A stretch of 64,000 nucleotides of DNA from an uncultured Bacteroidales bacterium (lineage in GTDB: Bacteria > Bacteroidota > Bacteroidia > Bacteroidales > Paludibacteraceae): the NCBI GenBank assembly GCA_937916355.1, contig CALFTM010000049.1, positions 19 through 64,018 of the forward strand. The letters are read 5' to 3'. Under the pieces are notes generated by a model, which searched no databases, was not told the DNA's origin, and was given only the letters and a program-made list of their open reading frames with translations. Below are positions 17,941-27,778 of the stretch, piece by piece (position 1 is the first letter of the stretch; every line of letters begins with the position of its first letter). A program made the translations under genes and the position numbers.

Positions 17941-17969
17941 AAAAAAGAGAGGCGATTTCTCGTCTCTCT
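17941..17969 (-). terminator. Terminator directly after tRNA-Met
   Basis: Minus-strand AGAGAGACG-AGAAAT-CGCCTCTCT (one mismatch) followed by a U-run. Confidence 0.7.
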
Positions 17970-17971
17970 TG

Positions 17972-18044
17972 TTGCGGAGGCCTGACTCGAACAGACGACC
18001 TTTGGGTTATGAGCCCAACGAGCTGCCAACTGCTCCACTCCGCA
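17972..18044 (-). tRNA. tRNA-Met (anticodon CAT), initiator-like
   Basis: Hand-folded cloverleaf. Acceptor TGCGGAG/CTCCGCA, D arm GAGC/GCTC, anticodon arm TTGGG-CTCATAA-CCCAA, T arm GTCTG-TTCGAGT-CAGGC. Has three G-C pairs next to the anticodon loop and A11:U24. Very similar to E. coli tRNA-fMet. No encoded CCA. Confidence 0.9.
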
Positions 18045-18071
18045 TGTAACCGAATCATAAAATTCGTGGTG

Positions 18072-18103
18072 CAAAGATAAGGCTTATTCCCAATAAAACC
18101 AAA
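18072..18103 (-). promoter_or_regulatory. tRNA-Met promoter (TTTG-N20-TAtcTTTG on the minus strand)
   Basis: Plus-strand CAAAGATA at 18072..18079 and CAAA at 18100..18103. The -7 box ends 27 nt upstream of the mature 5' end. Confidence 0.65.
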
Positions 18104-18136
18104 TAAAATCCAAATTATTTTTTTTAGCCGATTTCT

Positions 18137-19156
18137 TTAATCAAAAAGTGACCCCATCATACCAGAGAAACTCTTTCCTAAATGCTTATAAGCCAACTCT
18201 GTAACTTCTCGACCTCTTGGAGTTCGTTTTAAGAAACCTTCCTTGATCAAATAAGGTTCATAAACATCCTCGACAGTACCCGCATCTTCGCCTAAGGCAG
18301 TGGCAATGGTACTCAGTCCTACAGGTCCACCATTAAACTTATCTATTATCAGATTTAAAAGTTTATTGTCTATCTCATCCAAACCGTAAGTGTCGATATT
18401 CAAAGCTTCTAAAGCATATTTTGTGATGGTAACATCAATGATACCAGTACCTTTTACTTGCGCGAAATCACGAACTCTTCTCAGCAATGCATTGGCAATA
18501 CGAGGAGTACCACGACTTCTTCTTGAAATCTCAACCGCTGCCTCCTCCTGACAAGGAGTATTCAACAAAGCAGACGAACGCATGATGATTTTCTTCAAAA
18601 CATCAACATCATAATACTCCAAATGGCAATTGATACCAAACCTTGCTCTCAACGGACTTGTAAGCAGTCCGCTACGGGTAGTTGCCCCAACCAAGGTAAA
18701 CGGATTTAAATCTATCTGGATAGAACGGGCATTAGGCCCTTTGTCAATCATGATGTCAATTCGATAATCTTCCATTGCAGAATATAAATACTCTTCCACA
18801 ACAGGAGACAAACGATGAATTTCATCAATGAACAGAACGTCATTAGGTTCTAAATTGGTAAGCAAGCCCGCAAGGTCGCCCGGCTTATCCAATACTGGGC
18901 CGGAAGTGAGTTTGAAACCTACGCCCAGCTCGTTAGCGATAATGTTGGATAACGTTGTTTTCCCCAACCCCGGAGGACCATGAAAAAGGGTATGGTCTAA
19001 TGATTCGCCACGCATCTTTGCTGCCCTAACAAAGACCTTCAGGTTTTCTATGATCTTAGATTGTCCCGAAAAATCGTCAAAACTGAGCGGACGGAGGGCA
19101 TTCTCCATCTCTCTTTCTTTATCAGAAGCACTATTACGAATATCAAAATCTGCCAT
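18137..19156 (-). CDS. ruvB: Holliday junction branch-migration helicase RuvB
   Basis: 339 aa. Walker [18 protein letters not shown] and [18 protein letters not shown]. Confidence 0.97.
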   Translation of the reverse strand: MADFDIRNSASDKEREMENALRPLSFDDFSGQSKIIENLKVFVRAAKMRGESLDHTLFHGPPGLGKTTLSNIIANELGVGFKLTSGPVLDKPGDLAGLLTNLEPNDVLFIDEIHRLSPVVEEYLYSAMEDYRIDIMIDKGPNARSIQIDLNPFTLVGATTRSGLLTSPLRARFGINCHLEYYDVDVLKKIIMRSSALLNTPCQEEAAVEISRRSRGTPRIANALLRRVRDFAQVKGTGIIDVTITKYALEALNIDTYGLDEIDNKLLNLIIDKFNGGPVGLSTIATALGEDAGTVEDVYEPYLIKEGFLKRTPRGREVTELAYKHLGKSFSGMMGSLFD

Positions 19157-19158
19157 AC

Positions 19159-19869
19159 TTAAATCTCTCCTTTTAGAAATTGCTTCCGCATTGGTTCTTC
19201 AAATCGCTCAATCGCATATCTCAACGTGGTTCTCGGCATTTTATTATAATGCTCTTTTAGATAATCATACAATTGGAGAAAATCTCTTTTCCCTACCTCT
19301 CGCAACATCCAGCCTGTAGCTTTTTGCAACAAATCATGCCGTGTGGTCTCAAGTCTTTGCGCAAACCTAAAAGTATCGGCATAATCCCCCTTTCTGATGA
19401 ACCCGAGTGTTGAAACCATCGCAATTCGTTGCTCCCACATATTATCGCTTTCAATGAGTTCGTATAGCGACTCCCTGTTACGAGTCAACAAGAAATCACC
19501 GACAATGTAGGGTGCGCTTAAATCTACGAGATCCCAATTATTGATACCTTTGGTATGGTTGAGGTAAAAATTGAATATCTTCGTCTTCTCCTCATCCGTC
19601 TTACTTTTTTGATAATGTCTCACCAAAAAGAGCAGAGCAATCATCCTACATTCGTGAAACTCGTCAGAAAGCAGGATGGCAATATCGCTTGGAGGCATCA
19701 CCTGATAGCGTTTCACCAACTCTCGCTGCTGTGCCACCGTAACACCAATAAAACGGTCGCCTGCTCCATACTCGCCCTCGCCTGTCTTGAAGAAACGAGA
19801 AAGGACTTCCCGCTTACCGGGAATTGCAATAGCAAACAATTCGTCTTTTATCTCTGCCGCACTTACCAT
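19159..19869 (-). CDS. DNA alkylation repair protein (AlkD/AlkC-like HEAT-repeat family)
   Basis: 236 aa. The N-terminal pattern ...[24 protein letters not shown] and the WDLVD motif are typical of this family. Confidence 0.8.
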   Translation of the reverse strand: MVSAAEIKDELFAIAIPGKREVLSRFFKTGEGEYGAGDRFIGVTVAQQRELVKRYQVMPPSDIAILLSDEFHECRMIALLFLVRHYQKSKTDEEKTKIFNFYLNHTKGINNWDLVDLSAPYIVGDFLLTRNRESLYELIESDNMWEQRIAMVSTLGFIRKGDYADTFRFAQRLETTRHDLLQKATGWMLREVGKRDFLQLYDYLKEHYNKMPRTTLRYAIERFEEPMRKQFLKGEI

Positions 19870-19874
19870 AACTC

Positions 19875-21203
19875 TTATTTCCCCAACAAATTTCTTATCT
19901 GGTCGATAATGGCCTCGACCCTTTTAGGCTCTTTAGGTTTTGTGAAGAATATCTTCAAACGTTCTTTTACATACTGAAATTTCCAACGGTAACGTTGAAA
20001 AAAGAAGAACGACAAAGGCAACGAAATAGCGAAACACAAAGTGGTCATAGCATCAGGAGAGTAATTCAGACCAAAGAGTGCAGTCAAAATAATGTAAGTG
20101 ATAGGAAGTAAAATCGCTGCCAATCCAAATTTGACGGATGCCTCAAATCCAGTACCCCTCATCTTCTTTCCTGCTGCTTTACAAATCAAAAATTGCAATC
20201 CATTGATCGCAATAGAATACAACTGCAAAGGCAATGTAAAAATCAGGTAAAACACTTTCACAATAAGATCCGCATCCAGTCCTTCGTATTCTTGCATTTT
20301 TGCCGAGAATGCAACATCTTTGTTTTTATTGCACCACTCTTCGCAAACCATCTTCAACTCCTCAAACAACTCACTACAAGATGATTCCGTCTCCGCACGC
20401 TGCAAAATGTCCACAATCCTCTGACGGGCGGTCAAACGATTGGTCTCATTGTCCGGAATATTCATTTCCTGCAACATTCTCCAATTATACAAATACGCCG
20501 CTGCGTATATGGTCTCATAATTCTCTGTAGACTGAATGTTGAGCATCAACGGTTCGATACGATTCGCCAACTCCTCCTTGATCTGATTCAATGCCACAGG
20601 AGCATTCTCCTCATACGACTTTTTATAGTCTTTTATGCTGATAGGTTTGCCAAATGTAACCACCAAATGACGACCACTTTTGTCATAATGACCATAATCG
20701 ATTCCAGTCGGAACAATCTTCACCCATCTGCCATCCTCCATCTTCTCTTGAGCGGAAAACGCAGCACGGAAAATCCCCTTTACAAGCGGACGAAGCGTCC
20801 TCTGTTCCTCTTGTCCACCTTCAGGCATGAGGCAAAGGAACTGGTTATTCAGCAAAACATCATCTGAATGTTCAATAGACTCTGCATTTTTTTTCAAATT
20901 CTGGATTCCATTCCTCATCCGGTAGGCTGGCATCATTTTAAGACACCGCAATATCGAGCCCACCACCTTGTTTTTAAACAGATCTGCACGAACCCAGAAA
21001 ACTACGGGCTGAGGAGAGGAAGATAGCAAAGCCATCGCATCAATCAATCCATTTTGATGATTGGGAGCAAAAATCACTGGCTCTCCCTCTGGTATATTTA
21101 CTTCTCCATTTACCTCAATTGTATTGAACCACTTTCTGTAGATGAAGTTGGAATACACCCTCAACAAAGAGTATAAAAGGGAGGTTTTAGAAAACTGACT
21201 CAT
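19875..21203 (-). CDS. Lysophospholipid (PlsC-type) acyltransferase with a C-terminal membrane region
   Basis: 442 aa with HX4D motif NHQNGLIDA. Confidence 0.8.
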   Translation of the reverse strand: MSQFSKTSLLYSLLRVYSNFIYRKWFNTIEVNGEVNIPEGEPVIFAPNHQNGLIDAMALLSSSPQPVVFWVRADLFKNKVVGSILRCLKMMPAYRMRNGIQNLKKNAESIEHSDDVLLNNQFLCLMPEGGQEEQRTLRPLVKGIFRAAFSAQEKMEDGRWVKIVPTGIDYGHYDKSGRHLVVTFGKPISIKDYKKSYEENAPVALNQIKEELANRIEPLMLNIQSTENYETIYAAAYLYNWRMLQEMNIPDNETNRLTARQRIVDILQRAETESSCSELFEELKMVCEEWCNKNKDVAFSAKMQEYEGLDADLIVKVFYLIFTLPLQLYSIAINGLQFLICKAAGKKMRGTGFEASVKFGLAAILLPITYIILTALFGLNYSPDAMTTLCFAISLPLSFFFFQRYRWKFQYVKERLKIFFTKPKEPKRVEAIIDQIRNLLGK

Positions 21204-21257
21204 AATTAATTTTAGTTCTTAACAACATTCTTCTTTATTAACTACACCGGTTGATTT

Positions 21258-23408
21258 TCATACAATGTAATTATCCGGTTTACTTTCGTCATACTGATCG
21301 GGATAGAGTATGATATAACTATTTTTTGAAAAATACTTCGACAGATGGGTCGGAAGTTTCTCAAAAGAAGGATCGTATGAAATAGAAGACTTTCGTGAAG
21401 AGACAACCACAAAGAGGTCGTTGCCTGAAATCACACCCGTCATCACCAAAAAATCATCCCAATCCTCCAACTCACAAAACTCGGTTTCTACACCAAACTT
21501 ATTTCGTTTCGCCAAAACACGAATTTGCTCTAAAGTCTCACTATGAGCATAGAAGGAAGCTTTTGCCCCTATTTGTTTGCAAATGTTCTTCACACGATCA
21601 TACCATTTCACAAACCCAACCTCAAACTCTGCCTTTGGAGGCACTGCGACAACAATTCGTTTGATAGTGCTTACCGGCTGCATCGCATGATAAATCAGAA
21701 TCATCTGATTGGTTGCCTTCAACAAATTATCCGTTTTGTCTCCTAAAAAAGAGTCGGCAAAACTGTTTTTATGATGCAACCCCATCACGACCTCTGTGAT
21801 ATGGTTCTCCTTAATGGTTTGAATGATTCCACTCGTCACGTTCGTATCGTTACGATTGATCATTCTCACAGCGTTATCCGCACCTGAAGCGATTTTAGCG
21901 GCTCTTTCCAAAATCTTCTTTGCCTTCTCCTCGGAAGTCAGATGGGCTGCATTGGTGTTGGAAATAGTCAATGCGTAAAGCGGCTCCCTACTCTTATCCA
22001 CTTTTAGAAGAAGAGCCAATTCCATCAAATGCTTGAGGGTATCTGGATTATACAAAGGAACCAGAATACGATCGACCAACTTCTCTTCCGAAAGTTTATC
22101 ATCCAGCTGATCCTGCAATCTCACCAATTTCCTTGCTGCCTTTTCTGTCGCAAACGACGCTATCGTACAAGTGACCAAAATCATAAAGATTGTTCCATTC
22201 AAAACCTCTTCATTTAGGAGTCGTACAATTTGCCCATCTGCAGTCTCTCCAATTGGTATCTCGTATCCAATCATCACAGCAGCCAACGTGGCAGCGGCCT
22301 GCGAGTTGCTCAAACCAAACATCATCAAACCTTCCTCCTTAGACATCCGGAATGTCTTTTTCGTCAAAACAGCAGCGATATACTTCGACAGCGTCGCACA
22401 GCAACTCATGACAACCGCTGTAATAATGGTGGTAGGACCAGCGAACATGGCTTTAAAATCGATCAACATACCCACTCCAATCAAAAAGAAAGGGATAAAA
22501 ATCGCATTCCCCACAAAGTCCAAACGATTCATAAGCGGGGATATGCGCGGTATGCGCTTATTGAATGCCAATCCAGTCAAAAATGCTCCAATGATTGGTT
22601 CTAACCCACACAACTTCGACAAGAACCCTCCCAAAAAGACCATCGCCAACACAAATATGTATTGCAATATACTGTCATCATGATGCTTGAAAAAATTATC
22701 TGCCAGACGAGGATAGACAAAAATGAACATCATGGCAAACAAAAAATTGGAGACTCCAAATTTTATCCAAAAATTCCCGTCCATCTCTCCCTTTGACACC
22801 GATACAATCACCGCCAAAATTAAAAGAGAAAGGATAGTAGTAATCATCGTTCCTCCAATCGCAATATTCACAGAAGAGTCCTTCGTCACACCATAACGCC
22901 CCACAATCGGGTATGAAATAAGCGTGTGCGAAGCATACATACTGGCAATTAAAACCGACGAAAGTTGTATATAACCATTAACGGTAAAAGGTCCATACGT
23001 CTGAAACTCGATACCAGATGGACAATGAGACAAAAATATGAACCTCAACAGGTAATAACTGCTAATCGTTCCAAGTATCATCGGGATGAGGAAGGTCGCC
23101 AATCCAAAAAAAACACTCTTCTTCATGTTCTTTTTGAAGTCCGTCAAATCCATCTGCAACCCCGCTAAGAACATGATATAAAGCAAACCAACAGAACCAA
23201 ATAATTCAAAACTGACATCTCGCTCTAATATGCCAAGGCAATTCTCTCCTAAAAAAGCTCCTGAAAGAATCAGACCAATAATCTGAGGGATTTTCAATCG
23301 GTCTAACAACAATGGAGTGAAGAGAATGACAAACAAGACCAACGAGAAAATCAGAATGGGATCTGATATTGGCAAACTTGAAATAATATCCTCCATTAAG
23401 TGATTCAT
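21258..23408 (-). CDS. Cation:proton antiporter (CPA-type Na+/H+ or K+/H+ exchanger) with a C-terminal USP-like tandem region
   Basis: 716 aa with about 12 TM segments, followed by two alpha/beta nucleotide-binding-like modules (RILVPLYNPD..., RIVVAVPPKAE...). Confidence 0.85.
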   Translation of the reverse strand: MNHLMEDIISSLPISDPILIFSLVLFVILFTPLLLDRLKIPQIIGLILSGAFLGENCLGILERDVSFELFGSVGLLYIMFLAGLQMDLTDFKKNMKKSVFFGLATFLIPMILGTISSYYLLRFIFLSHCPSGIEFQTYGPFTVNGYIQLSSVLIASMYASHTLISYPIVGRYGVTKDSSVNIAIGGTMITTILSLLILAVIVSVSKGEMDGNFWIKFGVSNFLFAMMFIFVYPRLADNFFKHHDDSILQYIFVLAMVFLGGFLSKLCGLEPIIGAFLTGLAFNKRIPRISPLMNRLDFVGNAIFIPFFLIGVGMLIDFKAMFAGPTTIITAVVMSCCATLSKYIAAVLTKKTFRMSKEEGLMMFGLSNSQAAATLAAVMIGYEIPIGETADGQIVRLLNEEVLNGTIFMILVTCTIASFATEKAARKLVRLQDQLDDKLSEEKLVDRILVPLYNPDTLKHLMELALLLKVDKSREPLYALTISNTNAAHLTSEEKAKKILERAAKIASGADNAVRMINRNDTNVTSGIIQTIKENHITEVVMGLHHKNSFADSFLGDKTDNLLKATNQMILIYHAMQPVSTIKRIVVAVPPKAEFEVGFVKWYDRVKNICKQIGAKASFYAHSETLEQIRVLAKRNKFGVETEFCELEDWDDFLVMTGVISGNDLFVVVSSRKSSISYDPSFEKLPTHLSKYFSKNSYIILYPDQYDESKPDNYIV

Positions 23409-23566
23409 ACTTGCAAAAATACAATTTTTTTCATTATTCTAAAGAAGTAAATGGAAGTTCATCACAAAAAAACTACTAAGAAAAGCAAAATGTCATCTTC
23501 ATTAATGAGAGATTTTAACTATTTTTGCAAACGTTTTGACTCACTAAAGAAATTAGTTGTAATTTA

Positions 23567-24814
23567 ATGATGATAGAAAAATATTTGATAAGGACTCTTT
23601 GCCTTTCTTTTTTCCTTCTCTCTTCAACTTTGTTGAAAGCAGAAAAGGAAGACTCTATCATCTCTGCCACCCCTGTCCATACGACAACGATTGTTTTTGA
23701 CTCCATAAAAACAGCCGATATGCTCCCTCTCTTCAAAACAAAGAGTCTCTCCTACCATCCTTCAAAGATGTCTATCTTCTCGGAGACTCCTTTTTCAAAA
23801 AAATTGAAAAACCGGGAGGACAGCATGAGATTACACAACAGAATGGTCTACGAGATTTCGCTCAATCATAGCGAACTGATTGACTTTTACAATCTCAAAC
23901 AATACGATTCGGAACTGGACAAAACGACAGTCAAAGAACATGAAATAAGAATCAGCGGATTGGAACCAGTAAACAACATCCCCGAATTTGCGGATATAAA
24001 AAAACATTTAAGACAAAAACCTAAATCGCCATGGAAATTCTACGGAAACCTCGCCATCCAATTTTCCCAATATTATGTGACGGACAACTGGCACAAGGGA
24101 GGTTCGCCCAATGCGACATTTCTGACAATCTTCGATTACAACATAGACTTCCACAAAGAGAAACTTCTTTGGGAGAATGATTTTGATGTTAAAATAGGTT
24201 TTTACAACACCAGCGAAGACACTATCCGTGCGTTTCGCGTGAATAATGACCTTGTCCGGATATCCTCTTTGCTCGCCTACCAGACGTGGTTCTCCAAAAA
24301 GATATATTATAGTGCGGCGGTAGACTTCAACACTTCCCTATTCACCGGATACAAAACCACCAACTCAAATGTGGTGGTAACAGGGTTCTTGTCACCATCT
24401 CGTGTCTTTTTCAGTTTGGGTATGGAGTGCCGTTATAACAACAAGACGACCATCCGTCTTGCCCCGTTTGCCTATAAACTACTATTTTTAACGGACGAAA
24501 GAATAGACCCTTTAGCAGTAGGAATCGACAGCACATCAAAGCATACCAACTACCCCGGCTATCTGGTGCAGGCGAAATTGGACTGGCATTTCTCCAAAGA
24601 GATCAATCTGACGTCCAAAATAGACTTTTTCAGTTCGTATGATAGTCGAAACATCGAATTTGACTGGGAGGTCATCGGAAAATTCATTATCAACCGTTAC
24701 CTTAGTACCCGACTATCATTTATCATGCGTTTTGACAATACTCCTAAAAACGAAGATGCAGAGATTCAAATTCAGGAGCAACTCTCGTTTGGCTTTAATT
24801 ATGTATTCCGGTGA
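23567..24814 (+). CDS. DUF3078-like outer-membrane beta-barrel protein
   Basis: 415 aa with a signal peptide. WKFYGNLAIQFSQYYVTDNWHKGG matches my recollection of the DUF3078 signature. Ends in aromatic-rich FNYVFR. Confidence 0.75.
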   Translation: MMIEKYLIRTLCLSFFLLSSTLLKAEKEDSIISATPVHTTTIVFDSIKTADMLPLFKTKSLSYHPSKMSIFSETPFSKKLKNREDSMRLHNRMVYEISLNHSELIDFYNLKQYDSELDKTTVKEHEIRISGLEPVNNIPEFADIKKHLRQKPKSPWKFYGNLAIQFSQYYVTDNWHKGGSPNATFLTIFDYNIDFHKEKLLWENDFDVKIGFYNTSEDTIRAFRVNNDLVRISSLLAYQTWFSKKIYYSAAVDFNTSLFTGYKTTNSNVVVTGFLSPSRVFFSLGMECRYNNKTTIRLAPFAYKLLFLTDERIDPLAVGIDSTSKHTNYPGYLVQAKLDWHFSKEINLTSKIDFFSSYDSRNIEFDWEVIGKFIINRYLSTRLSFIMRFDNTPKNEDAEIQIQEQLSFGFNYVFR

Positions 24815-25182
24815 TGATACGAATCATATTCATATTTTTCGGCTGTATAGCTCTTATCTTGGGAACAATAGGTATTTTCCTACCCGGACTTCCCACAACA
24901 CCTCTGGTGCTTCTTGCCTCATGGTGTTTCTACAAAAGTTCACCGAAAATGCGTGAGTGGCTGTTGAACTCTTTTTTCGGAAATTACATCCGCGACTATG
25001 AGCGCAAAGGGGGGATGACAAAGGGGAAGAAGGTTCTTGTTATCACTCTGATGGTCACAATGGTGCTCATATCCGCCTTCTTTCTCATCACCAACCCGAT
25101 AGTGCGATACGTCGTCCTTGCGGCAGGAGCAATTGGGTGCATCGTTGTCATATTCTTTGTGCCTAACGCAAAAGACAACTAA
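24814..25182 (+). CDS. YbaN (DUF454) family inner-membrane protein
   Basis: GIFLPGLPTTPLVLLASWCFYKSSPKMREWLL. The ATG overlaps the upstream stop (TGATG). Confidence 0.85.
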   Translation: MIRIIFIFFGCIALILGTIGIFLPGLPTTPLVLLASWCFYKSSPKMREWLLNSFFGNYIRDYERKGGMTKGKKVLVITLMVTMVLISAFFLITNPIVRYVVLAAGAIGCIVVIFFVPNAKDN

Positions 25183-25208
25183 AGTCACGACCAAAGGAAA
25201 AAGCATAT

Positions 25209-25247
25209 AAAAAAGGCGACCGACAAACTCAGCCGCCTTTTCTTTAT
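25209..25247. terminator. Bidirectional terminator between convergent genes
   Basis: AAAAGGCG ... CGCCTTTT stem with flanking A and T runs. Confidence 0.75.
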
Positions 25248-25260
25248 TTTGCTATGATAA

Positions 25261-26829
25261 CTACACGAGCGTCAACATTACTTGACCTGCCTTCACCTTC
25301 TCGTTTTTAGAAGCTCCCGGACGAACCTTTCCGCTGGTAATCCATGCAATCAAATTATCAATCAGAATAATCTTAGGTTTTTCCTCTCCCACATTTCTGA
25401 TGAGGTACACCTGATAGTTCAAATTGTTATCCAAGCAAGTATTCCACTCCTTTTCAGATAAGAAGAATGTCTTGCGATCGTCCTTTGCACCTTTACATGC
25501 GATAAAATACTCAGTCTCTCGGTTTTCGTATCCAGTGATTTCAAAGTCATACCCCTGAGTCTCCTTACCATTCTGATTACACCATTTCACACGACCAGGA
25601 TATTTCGTCTGTAAGAAATCATTCAAAAACTCTTCACTCGCTCTGGAAGTCGCCTCGCGCTCTTTCGCATCCAAATCAATGATAACATTTCTGTCTCGCT
25701 CTTGCCAATGACTGATCGTCACCATCAAATCCTTCTTGTTATTGTTCAAAGCTGCAATCTCCTCCTCCTTATCTCCAATGAGAGATTTCAAACCTTGGAT
25801 TTTTTCATTCGCCTCATCGAGCGCATTCCTCAACTGTTCAATAGTTTCCAAGTTGGCAGCCTCAGCCTCTCTTAAGGCTTCATTTTCTTTAATGACACTC
25901 TCTCCGTTTTGAAGAACCTTCTTCACCAACTTGACATTCTCATCAAGGACTTCAGAGATTGATTTGTTATGTTCAGTAATTAAACCTACCGCGTCAAAAT
26001 CCTCTCCCTTAATATGTTCTACCTTCTTCACCTTCACGTCGACACTCTTCACGGAGAAATCATCTAAATTCACCTTTTTAGGTTCAGGAAGACTCTCCTC
26101 TACAATCTTCTCCTCTTCCACCTCCACTGGTTCATCCTCTTTAGGAGACTCCTCTTGTAACTTTTCTGCCGGTGCTTCATACGACATTGGAGCCTCCTCC
26201 ATCATAGGAGCTTCCTCCTTCTTCTCCTCTTTTTTAGGAGTCGCCACACCTTTCCCTTCCAACAAACCAATGAGAGGATTAAGGGCATTACGGATCGCGA
26301 GAACATTGTCAAAATCCTCTGGAGAGATGTTACAACAAACGCCATTGGTTTTCTCTGCCACACGCTGAGCGATCTGCAAATCTTGCTCACGCATACCAAT
26401 ACCCACAATGTTCACCATAACATCAGATTGAGCGAGATCAACTCTCATTTCGTAATCTCCGCCATCGGTTTCTTCTCCTGCGGTAATAAGAATGATTTGC
26501 TTACGGTCCGCCTCTACAGACTCAAAACATTCAAGAGATTCCTCCACAACCGCAGACAATGGTGTGCCTCCATTAGGGATCGGCAAAGATGTCGCCTTTT
26601 GGATAAAATCGGACTTTGCATTCTCACCCATGTCAATAGACTTGATGATAATCGGATTCCCTAACACCGAAAGAAAAGTTCTCACTCCAAAATTATCTTC
26701 ATTACGAAGATTGGGAATTAATTCGTTAACCAAAACATTTTCCGTAACAGACAATTTACCATCCATTTTATCGGAAATGTCGATAAGAAAATCAATAGCT
26801 TGCTTCATGATATTGAGATTTAGTTTCAA
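25261..26829 (-). CDS. vWA domain / acidic linker / coiled coil / DUF3883-like (PD-(D/E)xK fold) protein
   Basis: 522 aa with no signal peptide. vWA-like FLIDISDKMDG, GGTPLS and IILITAGEETDG. Glu/Lys/Pro-rich linker and heptad-like region. The C-terminus GYDFEI...EYFIACKG...FFLSEKEW...YQVYLIRNV resembles DUF3883. Confidence 0.75.
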   Translation of the reverse strand: MKLNLNIMKQAIDFLIDISDKMDGKLSVTENVLVNELIPNLRNEDNFGVRTFLSVLGNPIIIKSIDMGENAKSDFIQKATSLPIPNGGTPLSAVVEESLECFESVEADRKQIILITAGEETDGGDYEMRVDLAQSDVMVNIVGIGMREQDLQIAQRVAEKTNGVCCNISPEDFDNVLAIRNALNPLIGLLEGKGVATPKKEEKKEEAPMMEEAPMSYEAPAEKLQEESPKEDEPVEVEEEKIVEESLPEPKKVNLDDFSVKSVDVKVKKVEHIKGEDFDAVGLITEHNKSISEVLDENVKLVKKVLQNGESVIKENEALREAEAANLETIEQLRNALDEANEKIQGLKSLIGDKEEEIAALNNNKKDLMVTISHWQERDRNVIIDLDAKEREATSRASEEFLNDFLQTKYPGRVKWCNQNGKETQGYDFEITGYENRETEYFIACKGAKDDRKTFFLSEKEWNTCLDNNLNYQVYLIRNVGEEKPKIILIDNLIAWITSGKVRPGASKNEKVKAGQVMLTLV

Positions 26830-27277
26830 GCAATAAAATTACATATTTTTCTGCACAGAATGAAATTTGAACGACAAATTTATATCCAAATCATCATTTT
26901 TTTCTCAAAATTCGCTTTTCATAACCATCATACCAGATATAAATAATGGGTAATCCTACCACTAAAAACAAAGAATTATCTACATAATTGTTTTAATTTT
27001 AGGACATTAGATTTTTCACAAAATAATTTTTTAGATATTTTTTGATTTTTTTACTCCTAATAATAGGCTAACATAAAATAAATATCTAAATTTGTAGCAT
27101 TAAAAAGACCCTAAATTGTGTTGTTCTATATATTTCGGGGACCAGTTTGCTGTGAAGCAAGTTGGTTCTTTTGCGTATATTCTTGTCATTAAAATTTCGT
27201 TTTATGATTTTTATTTATACTTTTGTGAATGTAAACTCAAATTAAAACCGTTTGAAACAAAAATTAAATATATACCT

Positions 27278-27778
27278 ATGAAATTACGCAGTAATCTGAT
27301 AAAGGGTGTAGTATATGCCTTTTTAGGGTCATTAGCAGTAGGGATTTCTGCTAATGCAAGTAATTATGTCTCCATCATAAAAAAAGATGGGACAGTCAAA
27401 CAGTTTGAAATACAAGAGGACGGAAAACTTTTCTTTGAGGGGAATGACATGGTAGTCTCCGAATCTGCGAGTGTTGCCGAAAACAAAATTGATTTGGCGG
27501 AAATAGAAAAGGTTTTGTTCAATAAAAGCGGTGCGGGTACCGGATTGGCAGATGACTTAACAACAGAATCCATCTCTGTTTTTCCTAACCCCACTACCAA
27601 CTTTGTATACATCTCTGACACACAAGATGGCAGCATGGTCGAAATCTTTTCATGGAATGGTATGCTTTTGAATGTGCAAAAATACTCCGTAGAACGAGGA
27701 GTCTCTTTAAAAGAATATCCTACGGGATTGTACACACTCAGAGTGGATGGTCGAACTTTTAAAATTTACAAAAAATGA
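27278..27778 (+). CDS. Small secreted protein with a T9SS C-terminal sorting domain
   Basis: 166 aa from MKLRSNLIKG. The C-terminus VFPNPTTNFVYIS...GLYTLRVDGRTFKIYKK fits the type-A Por secretion tail. The track's TTG start at 27116 was rejected. Confidence 0.8.
   Translation: MKLRSNLIKGVVYAFLGSLAVGISANASNYVSIIKKDGTVKQFEIQEDGKLFFEGNDMVVSESASVAENKIDLAEIEKVLFNKSGAGTGLADDLTTESISVFPNPTTNFVYISDTQDGSMVEIFSWNGMLLNVQKYSVERGVSLKEYPTGLYTLRVDGRTFKIYKK

Noticed and set aside
27116-27277. N-terminal extensions suggested by the ORF track (27116 TTG start; also 37282, 58611, 51766, 17452, 12081, 4901)
   Set aside because: In each case an internal ATG gives a canonical signal peptide or a conserved protein N-terminus and sits just downstream of a -7 box or the preceding stop codon. 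The upstream extensions cross promoter or intergenic sequence.
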